Source: Scyliorhinus canicula (Eukaryota). From it: a stretch of 64,000 nt of DNA. Under the pieces are notes generated by a model that did not search any database, was not told the DNA's origin, and saw nothing but the letters and a program-made list of their open reading frames with translations. The stretch's first letter is position 1. Each line of letters begins with the position of its first letter. The position numbers and the translations under genes were made by a program. The stretch lies in contig NC_052160.1 in NCBI RefSeq assembly GCF_902713615.1, forward strand, positions 137,372,737-137,436,736, given 5' to 3'. This document shows, in pieces, positions 48,501 to 61,159 of the stretch.

Positions 48501-48711
48501 GGATGAGGACAATGTGAAAAGGTGAACGAGAACAAAGATAGTTAAAGAGACCTTGGGAGCAGTGTTGGGGAATGGCTGTGTAACGTCCTGTAGTCTGCTC
48601 TGTGCTGGGCTAGGGCTGTAAAGAAGCAAAGTGAGCTTCCAGCCAACCTGGAAAATTATCTGTGCTTCCAGAACCCCAGGTTTTGTTTTTGCCTTTTTTG
48701 ATTTTCCGCAG

Positions 48712-48774
48712 CAGAGTGGTACCAGCGAGAGAAAAGCCCTCTCCTACAACAACAGTGGGTGTGCCTTGTCGTAA
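48712..48774 (+). CDS. Candidate terminal (cytoplasmic) exon of the Ig receptor
   Basis: Strong T-rich acceptor (TTTTTTGATTTTCCGCAG). In phase 0 it reads QSGTSERKALSYNNSGCALS*, and AATAAA follows at 48927. The link to the TM exon is inferred only. Confidence 0.3.
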   Translation, partial: QSGTSERKALSYNNSGCALS

Positions 48775-49499
48775 TATTATTTAAATGTTTAATAGGTGAA
48801 GTATCTATGCGGGATTGTCGCACAAAGGGGTGTAACAAAGTAGGAAATCATTTTGAGGGCATGTTCTGTCAGACTAATTTTAATTGTGTAAATGTAACCT
48901 TGTATGTTTAATTATTTTCTTTTGTAAATAAAGTTAATCAATTAATATTTCTAATCCCAAAATTAGTTACTGGAATTTGTGGCTCCTGACTCCAGTACGT
49001 GTCTTCTCCGCATAAAATTCAAAAATAAAATAGTTGTGGTAGCTTGCTGAGTTTCCCTTTGGGATTTGGTTTGAACGGCACCTACAACCTCACCCTCACA
49101 ACCCAAAAAGATGTACAGGGGAGGTGAATTGGCCACGCTAAATTGCCCCCTAATTGGAAACAAAGAATCGAGTGCTCTAAATTTAAAAGCAAAGCAATTC
49201 TGCTAGCCCCCCAGCCATCAATTTTAATCTGAGTGGTTCAAACCAACCTCATGCTGCTGAATGAACTGCAGCTCACATCTGCAGTCACTCCTCAGGGTGA
49301 TGGCAGCATTGACTCCGTCCGTCCCTCCATCAGTCATCATTGCGTATGATGAAAACGCGATGTCTGAGGAGTGGCCAGCCATGGCGCTGGAGACAGGAGG
49401 GCATGCAGAGGCTCCACCACCAGAGGAAGATAGCCAAGGTAATCAACATCCACAGGGCATTAGAGGCAGCAAGCTGCCTCCAACCCAACTGCTAGCGAT

Positions 49500-49680
49500 G
49501 GGGAAACACCGAGACGTAGCACTCACAAACGGACCTTTAAGCCACTATGAACATGGTCACTACTCCTGGTATGCCCTGTCCGACCAACAGGACAGCCCCA
49601 GCAATGGTGATGGAGGCACAGCGGAATACAGTCGTGAGGGAGTTGCCCTGGGAGTCCACAACATTGACCCTGTACCCATT
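49500..49680 (+). mobile_element. LINE endonuclease fragment
   Basis: QQDSPSNGDGGTAEYSREGVALGVHNID resembles the DR..GGG-V region of APE endonucleases. Confidence 0.45.
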
Positions 49681-50338
49681 TAATTATTGTCGATAATCTT
49701 CCAACTTCTGCGTGTACCTGCCAAACAAGATAATGCGAGATGACGCGATGATGTCACCCACCTAACATCACCGCCGGCCACTCCAACGGTGATCAGGACC
49801 GCCGTACACCCGCTTCCTGAGTGTTAAATTCAGATCAATGTTTAAACAATGTGTTATTCACCAGGCTCACTCACCACCAACTACACAACTCCATGCCACG
49901 GGGCGTTGAGCACACCTATCCTCACCTGGGAACTGAATCTTCCTCCCAGTTACTCACTCACAATTTCCATACAGCCAGAGTCTTCTCTCTGAGAATTGAG
50001 AACCTTTTCTGACTGAAATCTGCCTCACGACCTGTTTGTGGATCTGGTGAGTAGAGTAAAGGGTGTTCTTCTACTGCACATCCGGGAGCTCAGATCTCCT
50101 CATCCTGACAGAATTGTTGCGCAGAGCGACTAACAAGATTCACATGAAGCAAACAAAAACAAAATATGAATAAATCTCTGTTTCGTTAGAGAAATAATTC
50201 TGAGCAGGAAAAAAGTACTTGTTTTAATAATCATAACCTTTTATTGTCACAATTAGGCTTACGTTAACACTGCAATGAAGTTACTGCAAAAAGCCTCTAG
50301 TTTCCACAATCCGGCACCTGCTCAGGTACACAGAGGGC

Positions 50339-52630
50339 TGATGCACTATCAATTATGACCAGGCAAGAGTAGAGTAATCGAGGCTTTATTACGCAGAGAT
50401 GTGTAGCCTCCCGCAGCTGCTGCCGAAATGGCTGCAGCTCGGAGAGCCCACACATTTATACTCCGCCTACTGGGCGGAGCCAGCAGGCAGGGGTCTACCC
50501 CTGTACCTGTAGTACAGGGTGTGTACCGTGAGGGAGCAGTGCCTTACTGTATCGGGGTGGATGAAGCTCTCAGTGCTCCCGGAGTCCAGAAGGCAGGATA
50601 TCTTGTGCCCGTTGACCTTCACTGTCATCGACGCGGTCGCGAGGTTGTGCGGTCGGGACTGGTCGACCATGATGAAGGCCCGACGCGGCTGGTCGGCGGC
50701 GATTGCAGGTGATGAGCGGCCCGATGAGGTGCCCGATGAGCAGGGGTCCTGAGGCAGGGAAGATGGCAGTGCCCACAGGCTGCACGTGTTGCGAGGCAAG
50801 CAATATGGCGAGCAAGATGGCGGCACCCACAGGCCGCTTGTGGTCTGAGGCGGGTCGCACATAGGGGATATTGGCGGTGACCGAGCAGGCCTGTCACACA
50901 GCAGCGAAATGTCCTTTCTTCCCGCAGGCCTTGCAGAACGCGCTCCGTACCAGGCAGCGCTGCCGGGGGTCTTTAGTCTGTCCGCAGAAGTAGCACTTGA
51001 GTCCCCCGGGGTTGGTTCGCTGCCGCGCGGCGCAAGCCTGGGGTGGGCTGGGGCCGGTCGCTGATGGGGTCCATGGTGGGGTGTTCGCTGGTGGGGTCCA
51101 CGATGGCCAGGAGGGGTGGGCCATGTGGTCGGGGCATACGCCTGGATATTGCGTGAGGCGACTGTGAGTGAGATCGCTAGTTTCTTGGTCGCCGCGAGGT
51201 CAAGGGTAGCCCCTTCTCGAAGGCGTTGGCAGATGTCGGCTGACTCTATGCCCGTAATGAATGAGTCTCTAACTAGCAGGTCAGAATGTTCAGTGGCCGA
51301 AACGGCCTGGCAATCGCAGTCCCTCGCCAGGGCCTGCAGGGCACGGCAGAAATCCTCCACAGGCTCACCGGGGAGTTGATGCCGCGTGGACAGGAGGTGC
51401 TTGGCGTAGATTTTGTTAGTCTGCTGAGCGTAGTTCTTCAGAAGCGCCATGGCCTCAGCATAGGTTGGCGGGTTCCAGATGAGGGGAAAGATATCAGAGC
51501 TTAGCTGCGTGTAAAGGATCTGGAGCTTCTGTGCCTCTGAGCGTGGGTCTGTCGCAGATCTGGGGCGGGATTCTACCCTACCCGGCGTGACGGAGGGTCC
51601 CGGCGTAGGGGAGTGGCGCCAACCACTCAGGGGTCGGACCTCCCCAAAGATGGGGAATTCACCCCACCTTTGGGGGCCAGCCCCGCGCCGGAGCGGATGG
51701 CACCAGAAGACTGGCGCAAAACCCCGGCGCCCCCGGCAGCGGGGCTGGCCGAAAGGCTTTCGCCGTTCGGCGCATGCGCCGGCAGTGACGTCAGCAGCAG
51801 CTGGCTGCTGACGTTACTGCCGGCGCATGCGCGATGTGGGGTTCTCTTTCGCTTCCGCCATGACGGCAGCCGTGGCAGCCGCGGAGGAGAAATAGTGCAC
51901 CCAGGGCACTGGCCCGGAGTCTGAGCGGGGGCCCCCGATCGTGGGCCAGGCCACCGTGGGGGCACCCCCCGGGGTTCGATCGCCCCCCGCCCCCCCCAGG
52001 ACCCCGGGGGCCCGCTCACGCCGCTGATCCCGCCGTTCCAGAGGTGGTTCAAACCTCGGCGGCGGGAGAGGCCTCCCAGCAGCGGGACTTCGGCCCATCC
52101 GGGCTGGAGAATCACCGCAGGGGCCTCTCCGATCGGAGTGGCGAGATTCCCGCCACCGCCACTTCCCGGGTGGCGGAGAATCTCTGCCACGGCGGGGGCG
52201 GGATTTTCAGCGGCCCCAGGCAATTCTCCGACCCTGCTGGGTGTTGGAGAATTTCGCCTCTGATGTATGCTTCAAAGCAGGCTAGCCAATGTGCGAAGGC
52301 CTACTTGGCGTTGTCTGCTTGAGGGTGCAACTGCATGCGATCAGGCTTGATGCGGCGATCCATCGTTGTAAAATCTCTGCGTAATAAATTGATGCACTAT
52401 CAATTACGATGAGATGAGAGTAGAGAGTAATCGAGGCTTTATTACGCAGAGATGTGTAGCCTCCCGCAGCTGCTGCCGAAATGGCTGCAGCTCGGTGAGC
52501 CCACACATTTATACTCCGCCTACTGGGCGGAGCCAGCAGGCAGGGATCTACCCCCGTACCTGTAGTACAGGGGCCTTACCGTAATACCCTCGGATGCAGT
52601 ATATACAATCCAACAGTGGTGACTAGCACA
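50339..52630 (-). mobile_element. Internally deleted Gypsy LTR retrotransposon (5'LTR 52390-52630, gag, protease, truncated 3'LTR 50339-50520)
   Basis: Two matching LTR segments, gag ATG at 52363, zinc knuckles CYFCGQ..C and CKACGKKGH, and protease LLDSGS. The pol region is missing. Confidence 0.85.
51563..52259. mobile_element. GC-rich MITE inserted in Gypsy gag
   Basis: 14-bp TIRs with a perfect CTG TSD (51560-51562 and 52260-52262). gag rejoins when it is removed. Confidence 0.85.
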
Positions 52631-53189
52631 AGGAAGAATTCAGAATTCTCAGCTGTTACGGGAATTGAACCTGCACTACTGGCCTTGGTCTGCACCATAG
52701 ACCAGCTGTCTGGTCCACTGAGCTAAACCAGCCCTGCTTCCAGAGGGGTTCATGGGATATTGATGACAATGGGCCGGGGGGGCTGTACTAACTCACCCCA
52801 CAATTAATTATAAAACTTAGCCTGGGTCAGAATTACCCATTGGTTCGGACATTTGTTGGTTTGGTTGCCTTGGATTCAGAATTTAATTTTCTTTCAGAGA
52901 ATTACTTTCATACTTTTGCGAAATATAACCTCCGGGTACTCCGGTTTCCTCCCACAGTCCAAAGATGTGCGGGTTAGGTGGATTGGCCATGCTAAATTGC
53001 CCGTAGTGTCCTAAAAAAAAAGTAGGGGGGGGGGGGGTTGTTGGGTTACGGGTATAGGGTGGATACGTGGGTTTGAGTAGGGTGATCATTGCTCGGCACA
53101 ACATCGAGGGCCGAAGGCCCTGTTCTGTGCTGTACTGTTCTATGTTCTATAACTGACAAACGTTCAAGTTCCTTTGAGCGGATTTTGTG

Positions 53190-53335
53190 CCGCCCTATTG
53201 TGGTTTCGCGACCAGGCTTCCTGTTCTCTTCATCCTCAGAGTTCCCTGTACAATTTATACGAGTCACTTATTTCAGTGTGAGAAAGAGGGGCTGGGTGAC
53301 TGACGACAAGAACTGATCTGATCTCGAACAAGACC
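53190..53335 (+). promoter_or_regulatory. Putative promoter of the next receptor paralog
   Basis: Lies directly upstream of the leader exon. RUNX-like TGTGGTTT at 53199 and ETS-like CTTCCTG at 53217. Motif matches only. Confidence 0.35.
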
Positions 53336-53372
53336 ATGCGGATTCTGATTCTTCTTATTTGTTCTCTGCCCG
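53336..53372 (+). CDS. Signal-peptide exon of a further pIgR-like paralog
   Basis: ACCATG start, MRILILLICSLP, and a phase-1 donor CG|GTGAGT. Would splice to a V exon starting (V)SG/DALW like those upstream. Confidence 0.78.
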
Positions 53373-54794
53373 GTGAGTAACAGCCAGAGCTGAATATTCA
53401 GATAATCAGCGTTAGTTGAATTCTAGCCTACAGGTCATACGGCAAAGATGTTTAAAATATTTGGAGACAGAAACGACACAAAAGGAGGTTTTGTGGTACA
53501 GTGGGTAACGTCTCTGTATCTGAGACTGAAGCTCCAGGTTCGAGTCCCACTCCTGCTCTCGATGGGAGTGGAAGGTGTGTTCTCACGGGGCCAAACAGGT
53601 TGATTATCAACCTGCAAATCCTCCCAACACACGGTAGGCAGTCAGTAAGAGGGGGAGAGGTTCCCAGGCAGTCATGCTCGATGTGGAGTGGCGCCCCTCA
53701 AGGTTTCAGGCGAGTGACCGGTCCCAGCAAAAGCTAGCTGTTGAAAACAGACATACGTATTTGCTTTGTCCGCCTCATGTCTCTCTAGATTTGGGCAGTC
53801 TCCCGGATTTAAGGCACAAAATCCTCAGCAAAAATAAATAAATAATATTTGTGATGTATTGTTTCTCCTTGTGAATGTACAATCCCACCATGGATATATT
53901 TATCAAATAAACCAAACTGCAATATTCATGGTGAAAGGGGAATGAAGGACAAGTAAATTTTTAAAAATCTAGATAGCAACATTTAAAAAATGAAGCCATG
54001 TTTAATTAGAATATCTTTGTAATATAATCCGATGTCCAATATATATTGAAGGCTGCTGTGGTAATAATCTCGCAGTCAGAACATATGTCTCAAGTTTCTC
54101 ATTATTTCTGTTGTTTAAAGTATAGTTGATATGGGGCTGGTTTAGCTCACTGGGCTAAATCACTGGCTTTTCAAGCAGACTAAGGCAGGCCAGCAGCACG
54201 GTTCGATTCCTGTACCAGCCTCCCCGAACAGGTGCTGGAATGTGGCGACTAGGGGCTGTTCACAGTAACTTCATTAAAGCCTACTTGTGACAATAAACAT
54301 TTTTCATTTCATATTAGGCTCGATCAGTGACACTGTTCCTCACTGGAAGGCGGTTGTCGATAGTCCTCTTCCCAAAAGTAAACCTTTTCCTTGTGTGGCA
54401 AGGCGGCGCTGTGGTTAGCACTGCTGCCTCATGCTGAGGACCCCGGTTCAATCCCGGTCCCGGGTCACTGTGTGTGTGGAGTTTGCATGTTCTCCCTGTG
54501 TCTGGATGGGTCTCATCCCCACAACCCAAAGATGTGTCGGGTAAGTGGATAAAATTGCCCTTGAATTGGAAAAGAAAATTAAAACAAAACTTTTTCCTTT
54601 CATGTTTAATTGTAAGCAACAGGATTTTGATTATCACTCCTGCCAATTTTAATATTACCAAATTACAGTGGAATTAGATTTTTGGTGATATTGTCACCTC
54701 TCCTCCATTTACAATGAATCTATTTTCTAACAAGCAATGTTAAACTCCCAGACAATCGTCTCTCAGCCATAACTCTGTTAATTATATTACATTA

Positions 54795-55615
54795 AACCTC
54801 CCAGTTAAGAAATGTAAGGTCATCCATTTTGGTAGGAATAACAGCAAAATGGACTATTATTTAAATGGTAAAAAATTACAGCATGCTGCTATGCAGAGGG
54901 ACCTAGATGCCCTCGTGCATGAATCGCAAAAAGTTGGTTGCAGGTGCAGCAAGTAATTAAGAAGGCAAATGGAATGTTGTCCTTCATTGCTAGAGAGATG
55001 GAGTTCAAAAGCAGGGATGTTAGGTTGCAGCTGTATAGGGTCCTGGTGAGGCCACACCTGGAGTACTGTGTACAGTTTTGGTCTCCTTACCTGAGAAAGG
55101 ATGTACTGGTACTGGAGGGTGTGCAGAGGAGATTCACTAGGTTAATCCCAGACTTGAGAGGCTTAGTTTATGAGGAGAGACTAAGTAGAGTGGGACTATA
55201 CTCATTGGAATTTAGAAGAATGAGGGGGGATCTTAGAGAAACATATAAAATTATGAAGGCAATAGATAGGACAGAAGTGGGGAGGTTGAAGCTAAAACTA
55301 GGGGGCATAGCCTCCAAATAAGGGGAAGCAAATTTAGGACTGAGTGGAGGAGGAACTTCTTCACCCAAAGGGTCATGAATCTGTGGAATTCCCTGCCCAT
55401 TGAAGCAGTTGAGGCTACCTCGTTAAATGTTTTTAAGGCAAAGGTAGATAGATTTTTGAACAGTAAAGGAATAAACGGTTATGGTGAGCGGGCGGGTGAG
55501 TGGAGCTGAGTCCAGAAAAAAACATCAGCCAATATCTTACGAAATGGCGGAGCAGGTTTGAGGGACCAGATGGCCGACTCCTGCTCCCAGTTCTTATGTT
55601 CTTATGCTCTTATGA
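54795..55615 (+). mobile_element. CR1 3' fragment
   Basis: LYRVLVRPHLEYCVQFWSP..SLEFRRMRGDL, then a (GTTCTTAT)n tail as in CR1 #2. Confidence 0.85.
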
Positions 55616-56192
55616 TCTTATTCTGTGAGAGTGTCTCAAAATTCCAAAGCGTAACTTGAAAAACTGGTTCTCAGTGGTTTATATTTGTTTGGAAATATAG
55701 TGAGGAACAATCTACAATTGCCTCACACCTGTATGTCTTAAGATTTTGATATCATTCCCCATTCTAGTCTGTCCACATAGAAATATTTGAACCCAGCACC
55801 CAAATCCTTGAACATACCAGCCATTCGCTGATCACTCTGCCGCTGTACGAATTGGTGCGCAAATTTATCCTTCCTATTGTTTGCTCATTACTTCCGTGTA
55901 TAAATCCTCTCCGCTTCTCCTGTTCTCCTATTCCAATTTCATATTTCCCCTTTTACGATTTCTAACTCCAACCAGTTTTCCATTTAGTCCCAAACCTTGG
56001 ATTGGTCCAGTTTCAAAGAAAGCATCTAACTTTCCTCACCTCTCTGATCCCCGCAACACAATCTTTTTTATTTTGCGCTGAAGCCTCCTTTGAACTTTCA
56101 ATCATTCCCTCTCTTGCTTGATTGTTCTTTCTCGCTCGCATCTCCCCATTTTCGATCTTTATCAGACTTAAGAGTGTTGAAAGTAAGAACAA

Positions 56193-57290
56193 AGGATAAA
56201 GAACAAAGAAAAGTACAGCACAGGAACAGGCCCTTCGGCCCTCCAAGCCTGTGCCGACCATGCTGCCCGTCTAAACTAAAATCTTCTACACTTCCTGGGT
56301 CCATATCCCTCTATTCCCATCCTATTCATGTATTTATCAAGATGCCCCTTAAACGTTGCTGCTTCCACCACCTCCTCCGGCAGTGAGTTCCAGGCACCCA
56401 CTACCCTCTGTGTAAAAGACTTGCCTCGTACATTTCCTCTAAACCTTGCCGCTCACACCTTAAGCCTATGCCCCATAGTAATTGACCCCTCTACCCTGGG
56501 AAAAAAATCTCTGACTATCCACTCTGACTATGCCCCTCATAATTTTGTAGACCTCTATCAGATCGCCCCACAACCTCCTTCGTTCCAGTGAGAACAATCC
56601 AAGTTTATTCAACCTCTCCTCATAGCTAGCGCCCTCCATACCAGGCAACATCCTGGTAAATCTCTTCTTCATCCTCTCCAAAGCCTCCACATCCTTTTGG
56701 TAGTGTGGCGATCAGAATTGCACACCATATTCCAAGTGTGGCCTAACTAAGGTTCCATACAGCAGCAACATGACTTGCCAATTTTTATACTCAATGCCCC
56801 GGCCAATGAAGGCAAGCATGCCGTATGCCTTCTTGACTACTTTCTCCACCTGTGTTGCCCCTTTCAGTGACCTGTGGACCTGTACACCAAGATCTCTCTG
56901 ACTGTCAATACTCTTGAGGGTTATACCATTCACTGTTTATTCCATACCTGAATTCGACCTTCCAAAATGCATTACCTCACATTTGTCCGGATTAAACTCC
57001 ATCTGCCATCTCGCTGCCCAAGTCTCCAAATGATCTAAATCCTGCTGTCTCCTCTGACAGTCCTCATCGCTATCCGCAATGCCACCAACCTTTATGTCGT
57101 CCGCAATAGTACTAATCAGACCAGTTACATTTTCCTCCAAATCATTTATATATACTATGAACAGCAAAGGTCCCAGCACTGATCCCTGCGGAACACTCAT
57201 CGTCACAGCCCTCCAATCAGAAAAGCACCCTTTCATTGCTGCTGTCTGCCTTCTATGACCTAGCCAGTTCTGTATCCATCTTGCCAGGCT
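56193..57290 (-). mobile_element. CR1 3' fragment (RT C-terminal part)
   Basis: VPQGSVLGPLLF..IADD and LVRPHLEY peptides, plus an (AAAGAAC)n tail. Confidence 0.85.
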
Positions 57291-58470
57291 GTGACCTATG
57301 AACTAACTCATAATTGTCAGCAAGCTTTGTTCCTCCACATAGGCCCTTGTCGTTGTCGGTAACAAGTCTTTAAATTCTTCCAACAGAATTGCTTTTCTCA
57401 GGGCTTCATAGCTTTCTTCTATTTTTAATGCTCTCATCCACCTATCATAAATACCCTCTCAAATTCAATATAAGTCTGCCCAGGCTGTTTTCTTATATTT
57501 CAAAACCTTTGTCTGTAAGCCTCCGGTGCTAACCCATAAGCACTCAGTAAAGCTCTCTTTGCCATCTCATATTCCCCAGTTTTCTATGTTAAAGACACAT
57601 TTCACTCACCCTAACCACACTTTACTTTGTAAGAGCAATGTCCAAATATTTTGTGACCATTTTGTCTGTTTAGCTATTTTGTCAAAGGCATTAAAAATTG
57701 CCCCGGCGACCCTTTCATCAAATTTTTGAAGTGCCTGTACAAATATAAATACCTCCTCATTAGCTTCATGTTTGGAAGTATGTTCTTCGTCATCCAGCTC
57801 TGTTGATCCGACTGCAGTTCGCTGCATTTTAATTTGATGTTCTCTCTTTATTCTTTTTTCTTTCTGCTATTGTTAACTTCTCCAGTTCCAAAGCTCTCGC
57901 TTTCTCTCTTTCTTCCCGCTTCCTTGGAAAGCTCTCTCCTTTTTCTTGCATTTCCAATGTCTTCATTTTGATTTCTCTTTGTAATCGAATTTTAGCAGAT
58001 TCAAGTTCCCCACTTCTTGAAATACTGGCTCGGCCTGGTATATTTAAATGGCTTGCTATGCATTAATTACTTCAGCTTTGTTTTTTTTTGTTTTTTTATA
58101 AATTTAGATTACCCACTTATTTTTTCTAATTAAGGGGCAATTTAGAATGGCCAATCCACCTACTCTGCACATTTTTGGGTTGTGGGGGCGAAACCCATGC
58201 AGACACGGGGAGAATGTGCAAACTCCACACGGACAGTGACCCAGAGCCGGGATCGAACCTGGGACCTCAGCGCCGTGAGGCAGTTGTGCTAACCACTAGG
58301 CCACCGCGCTGCCCTACTTCAGCTTTGTTGACCATTGTCGATAATCCTAATTCCAATTTATCTGCTAATTCCATCAATTTAGCTTCAGATACACTTTTCA
58401 AATTTGCTAAATTTATATTTTCCACTTCCAAAGAAACCTGGGAGAGAGCGAGGCCCATCTCTGCAGTCTC
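57290..58470 (-). mobile_element. Gypsy gag remnant (SCAN-gag-like), with a SINE at about 58080-58295
   Basis: Peptides QALQKFDERVAGAIFNAFDKIAKQTKWSQNIWTLLLQSK and KLMELADKLELGL, plus an E/K-rich coiled coil. Confidence 0.55.
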
Positions 58471-59318
58471 TTTATGTTAACTAACACTTGGCTCCACGTG
58501 TTCCTCACTCTCGTCACAAAACCCCTACAACTAAAAGGAATTGTGCTTTGTAAAATTCCAGATGAGCCTCCAATTTTGTTTTGAACCTCGCTAATGTTGC
58601 CTGTGAGAGTGTGTCAAAACCCCATTGGATAGCTTGAGACATTGATCCTTACTAAACACACTGTGGTATCTGAAATTACCTCTGGTTCCCAAAATGTCTT
58701 TTTACATTTCCTGAGCTCACTGAGACACCCCCTTTCCCAAGCAACATCCAATTTTAGTAAATTTATGGGTCAAATCCAGCTAATAGTTGCCAGACAATAC
58801 CGCTTAACTGGTCAAGTTTGTTAAACGTCGGGGCAGCACGGTGGCACAGTGGTTAGCATTGCTGCCTCACGGCGCTGAGGACCCGGGTTCGAATCCCGGC
58901 TCTGGGTCACTGTCCGTGAGGAATTTGCACACTCTCCCCGTGTCTGCGTGGGTTTCACCCCCACAACCCAAAAGATGTGCAAGATAGTTGGATTGGCCAC
59001 TCTAAATTGTCCCTTAATTGGAAAAACTTATTGGGTACTCTAAATTTATTTTTTTTTAAAGTTTGTTAAACGTCTCTTCCTAGTTCAGCGAAGGCACAAA
59101 ACTGTGACTTTTAGAGGGGAATACCTGCAATCTGACTTGCTTCAAAATGCTGGGTGGAAAAGGTCTCCATGGCTCAGAACGTCGATGGAACTGGCCTGTC
59201 TGACTGTTGGTTGGAGAACTAGCCTCCTTCCAACAATGAGGGTGCTCGCAGTTACGCTGTTCAGTCTATTTGATATTCCCCTCAGTGGATTCAACTGCTT
59301 AAATCTCTCAAATTCCTT

Positions 59319-59927
59319 GGGCTAGATTCTCCGCAGCCTGGCGCTGAAATCGGGTTCGGCGACGGAGCACGAAATCGGGACGGGCGCCGGTTTCGCAATT
59401 CTCCGCCCCCTGAAAATCGGCGTATTCCGCGTCGAGTATCCACCGCCCCGTGATTCTCCGTCCCCGACCAACCAAATTCCCGATGGCGTGGACCTCTCAT
59501 GGTCCCACCACCCGGGATCCTCGCGTGGAGGCTGCAGACTCAGTACTGGGCCACCACATTCGGGGAAGGGTTGATCGGAGAGCAGGGAGGGAGCTTCATT
59601 CGGGACTGGAGGCTATGTGTGCGGGCAGTCCGGGGCACGCGAGCGGCGATGCAGGGCACTACTTTGCCCGTCCAGGTCCGCGGGTTGAGTCCGTCATGGA
59701 GCACGGGGCAGCCGCTGGAGACCGCCGCATTGCGCATGCGAGGCCTCTGACCCAGAGGTGTGGGGGTCCGTATCAGCAGCTGGAGCTGTGAGCTCCACAA
59801 CAGCTGCTTGCTAGCCCCCTGCAAGATGGTGAATCTGTGGCCTTTTGACGCCAGTTTTCCTGGCATAAAAGACCACAGTTTTCCCGATGGCATGGGGACA
59901 TAGTCCCAAAAATGGAAAACCTAGCTC
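59319..59927. mobile_element. GC-rich MITE-like element (degenerate)
   Basis: GGGCTAGATTCTCC...GGAAAACCTAGCTC termini. Confidence 0.55.
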
Positions 59928-61159
59928 CTAGTCTTTTGACGTTATCACTTGTATAATCCCACTGATCTCTGGTCAACAATATTTCTGATAATGCTATTTT
60001 CACCTCAATGTCTCTAGACTCCGGTTAATCTTGTTACTGGGCAAATTGCATCTCATTATTCCTTTAGATGCCTGCTAGTCATGTAACATAGAATCCCTAC
60101 TGTGCAGAAGGAGACCATTTGGCCCATCGGGTCTGCACTGACCCTCCGAAAGAGAACCCCACACAGGGACAATTTAGCATATCCAATCCACCTAACCTGC
60201 ATATCTTTGGACTGTGTGAGGAAACCAGAGCACCAGGGGAAAACCCTCGCAGACACGTTGAGAACGTGCAGACTCCGCACAAACAGTGACCCGAGGCTGG
60301 AATTGAACCCGGGTCCTTGGCGCTGTGAGGCATCAGTGCTAACCGCTTATCGGTTACGCTATTTTCATCGCAAGTTCACTGTTAACCTTGTTACCTTCCC
60401 ACATTCCTAACACCCCCCAGAATATTTTGTGCCTCTGGCTTATTGTTTTGTTGAGGGGTGCTTCATGTCCTGAAGGACGGGCAACTGAAGTCTGTTTCTG
60501 TCTGTTTTGCAATCTTCCTCTGTTCAGTACTTCCTCTTTCTGATAAGATCTCACTTCCTCTCCAATTTCATCATTAATCGTTCCCGCGCCCTTTTTCCTT
60601 TCCTGCCCTTCTCCCAAGTCCTTTAAGTATTTTGAATCTCGAACCTGTGGTTTGTGGTAAACTCCTTCTGCACAGCTTGAGCTCCTCGCCCAAACAAGGT
60701 GGGACAGCTGGGACAATGGTGAGTGGGAGCTGGGAGAGATCTCAACAAAGATGGAGCAAAACCCTCAGAAACAAGTGACAGATGGCCCAGTGGGGGAGGG
60801 AGGGTTTTTGCGCAGAAGCAAAGAAACGTTTGGGGCATTAAAAAAAGATGGGGGAGAAAGTTCACATTCTGAAGCTGGTGAACTCAATGTTGAGCTTTAA
60901 GGGTTGTAAGTGCCGAATCGGAAGATGAGGTTCTGGTCCGCCTGTTTGCGTTGGGTTTCACTGGATCATTTCAGTAGGCCAAGGATAGACATGTGGGCAT
61001 CAGAGCAAACTGCTGAGTTAAAATTGTTCATCGGAAACAATGAAAGGGTGAATGTGTTAGATATTAAAGCGTAGCTGTGAGAGATTGCTACAAAATGTAG
61101 CAACGTTAAGACCAATGGCCTGGTGTGGGAGGGGAGGGGGGTTTACATTGAGACAATAC

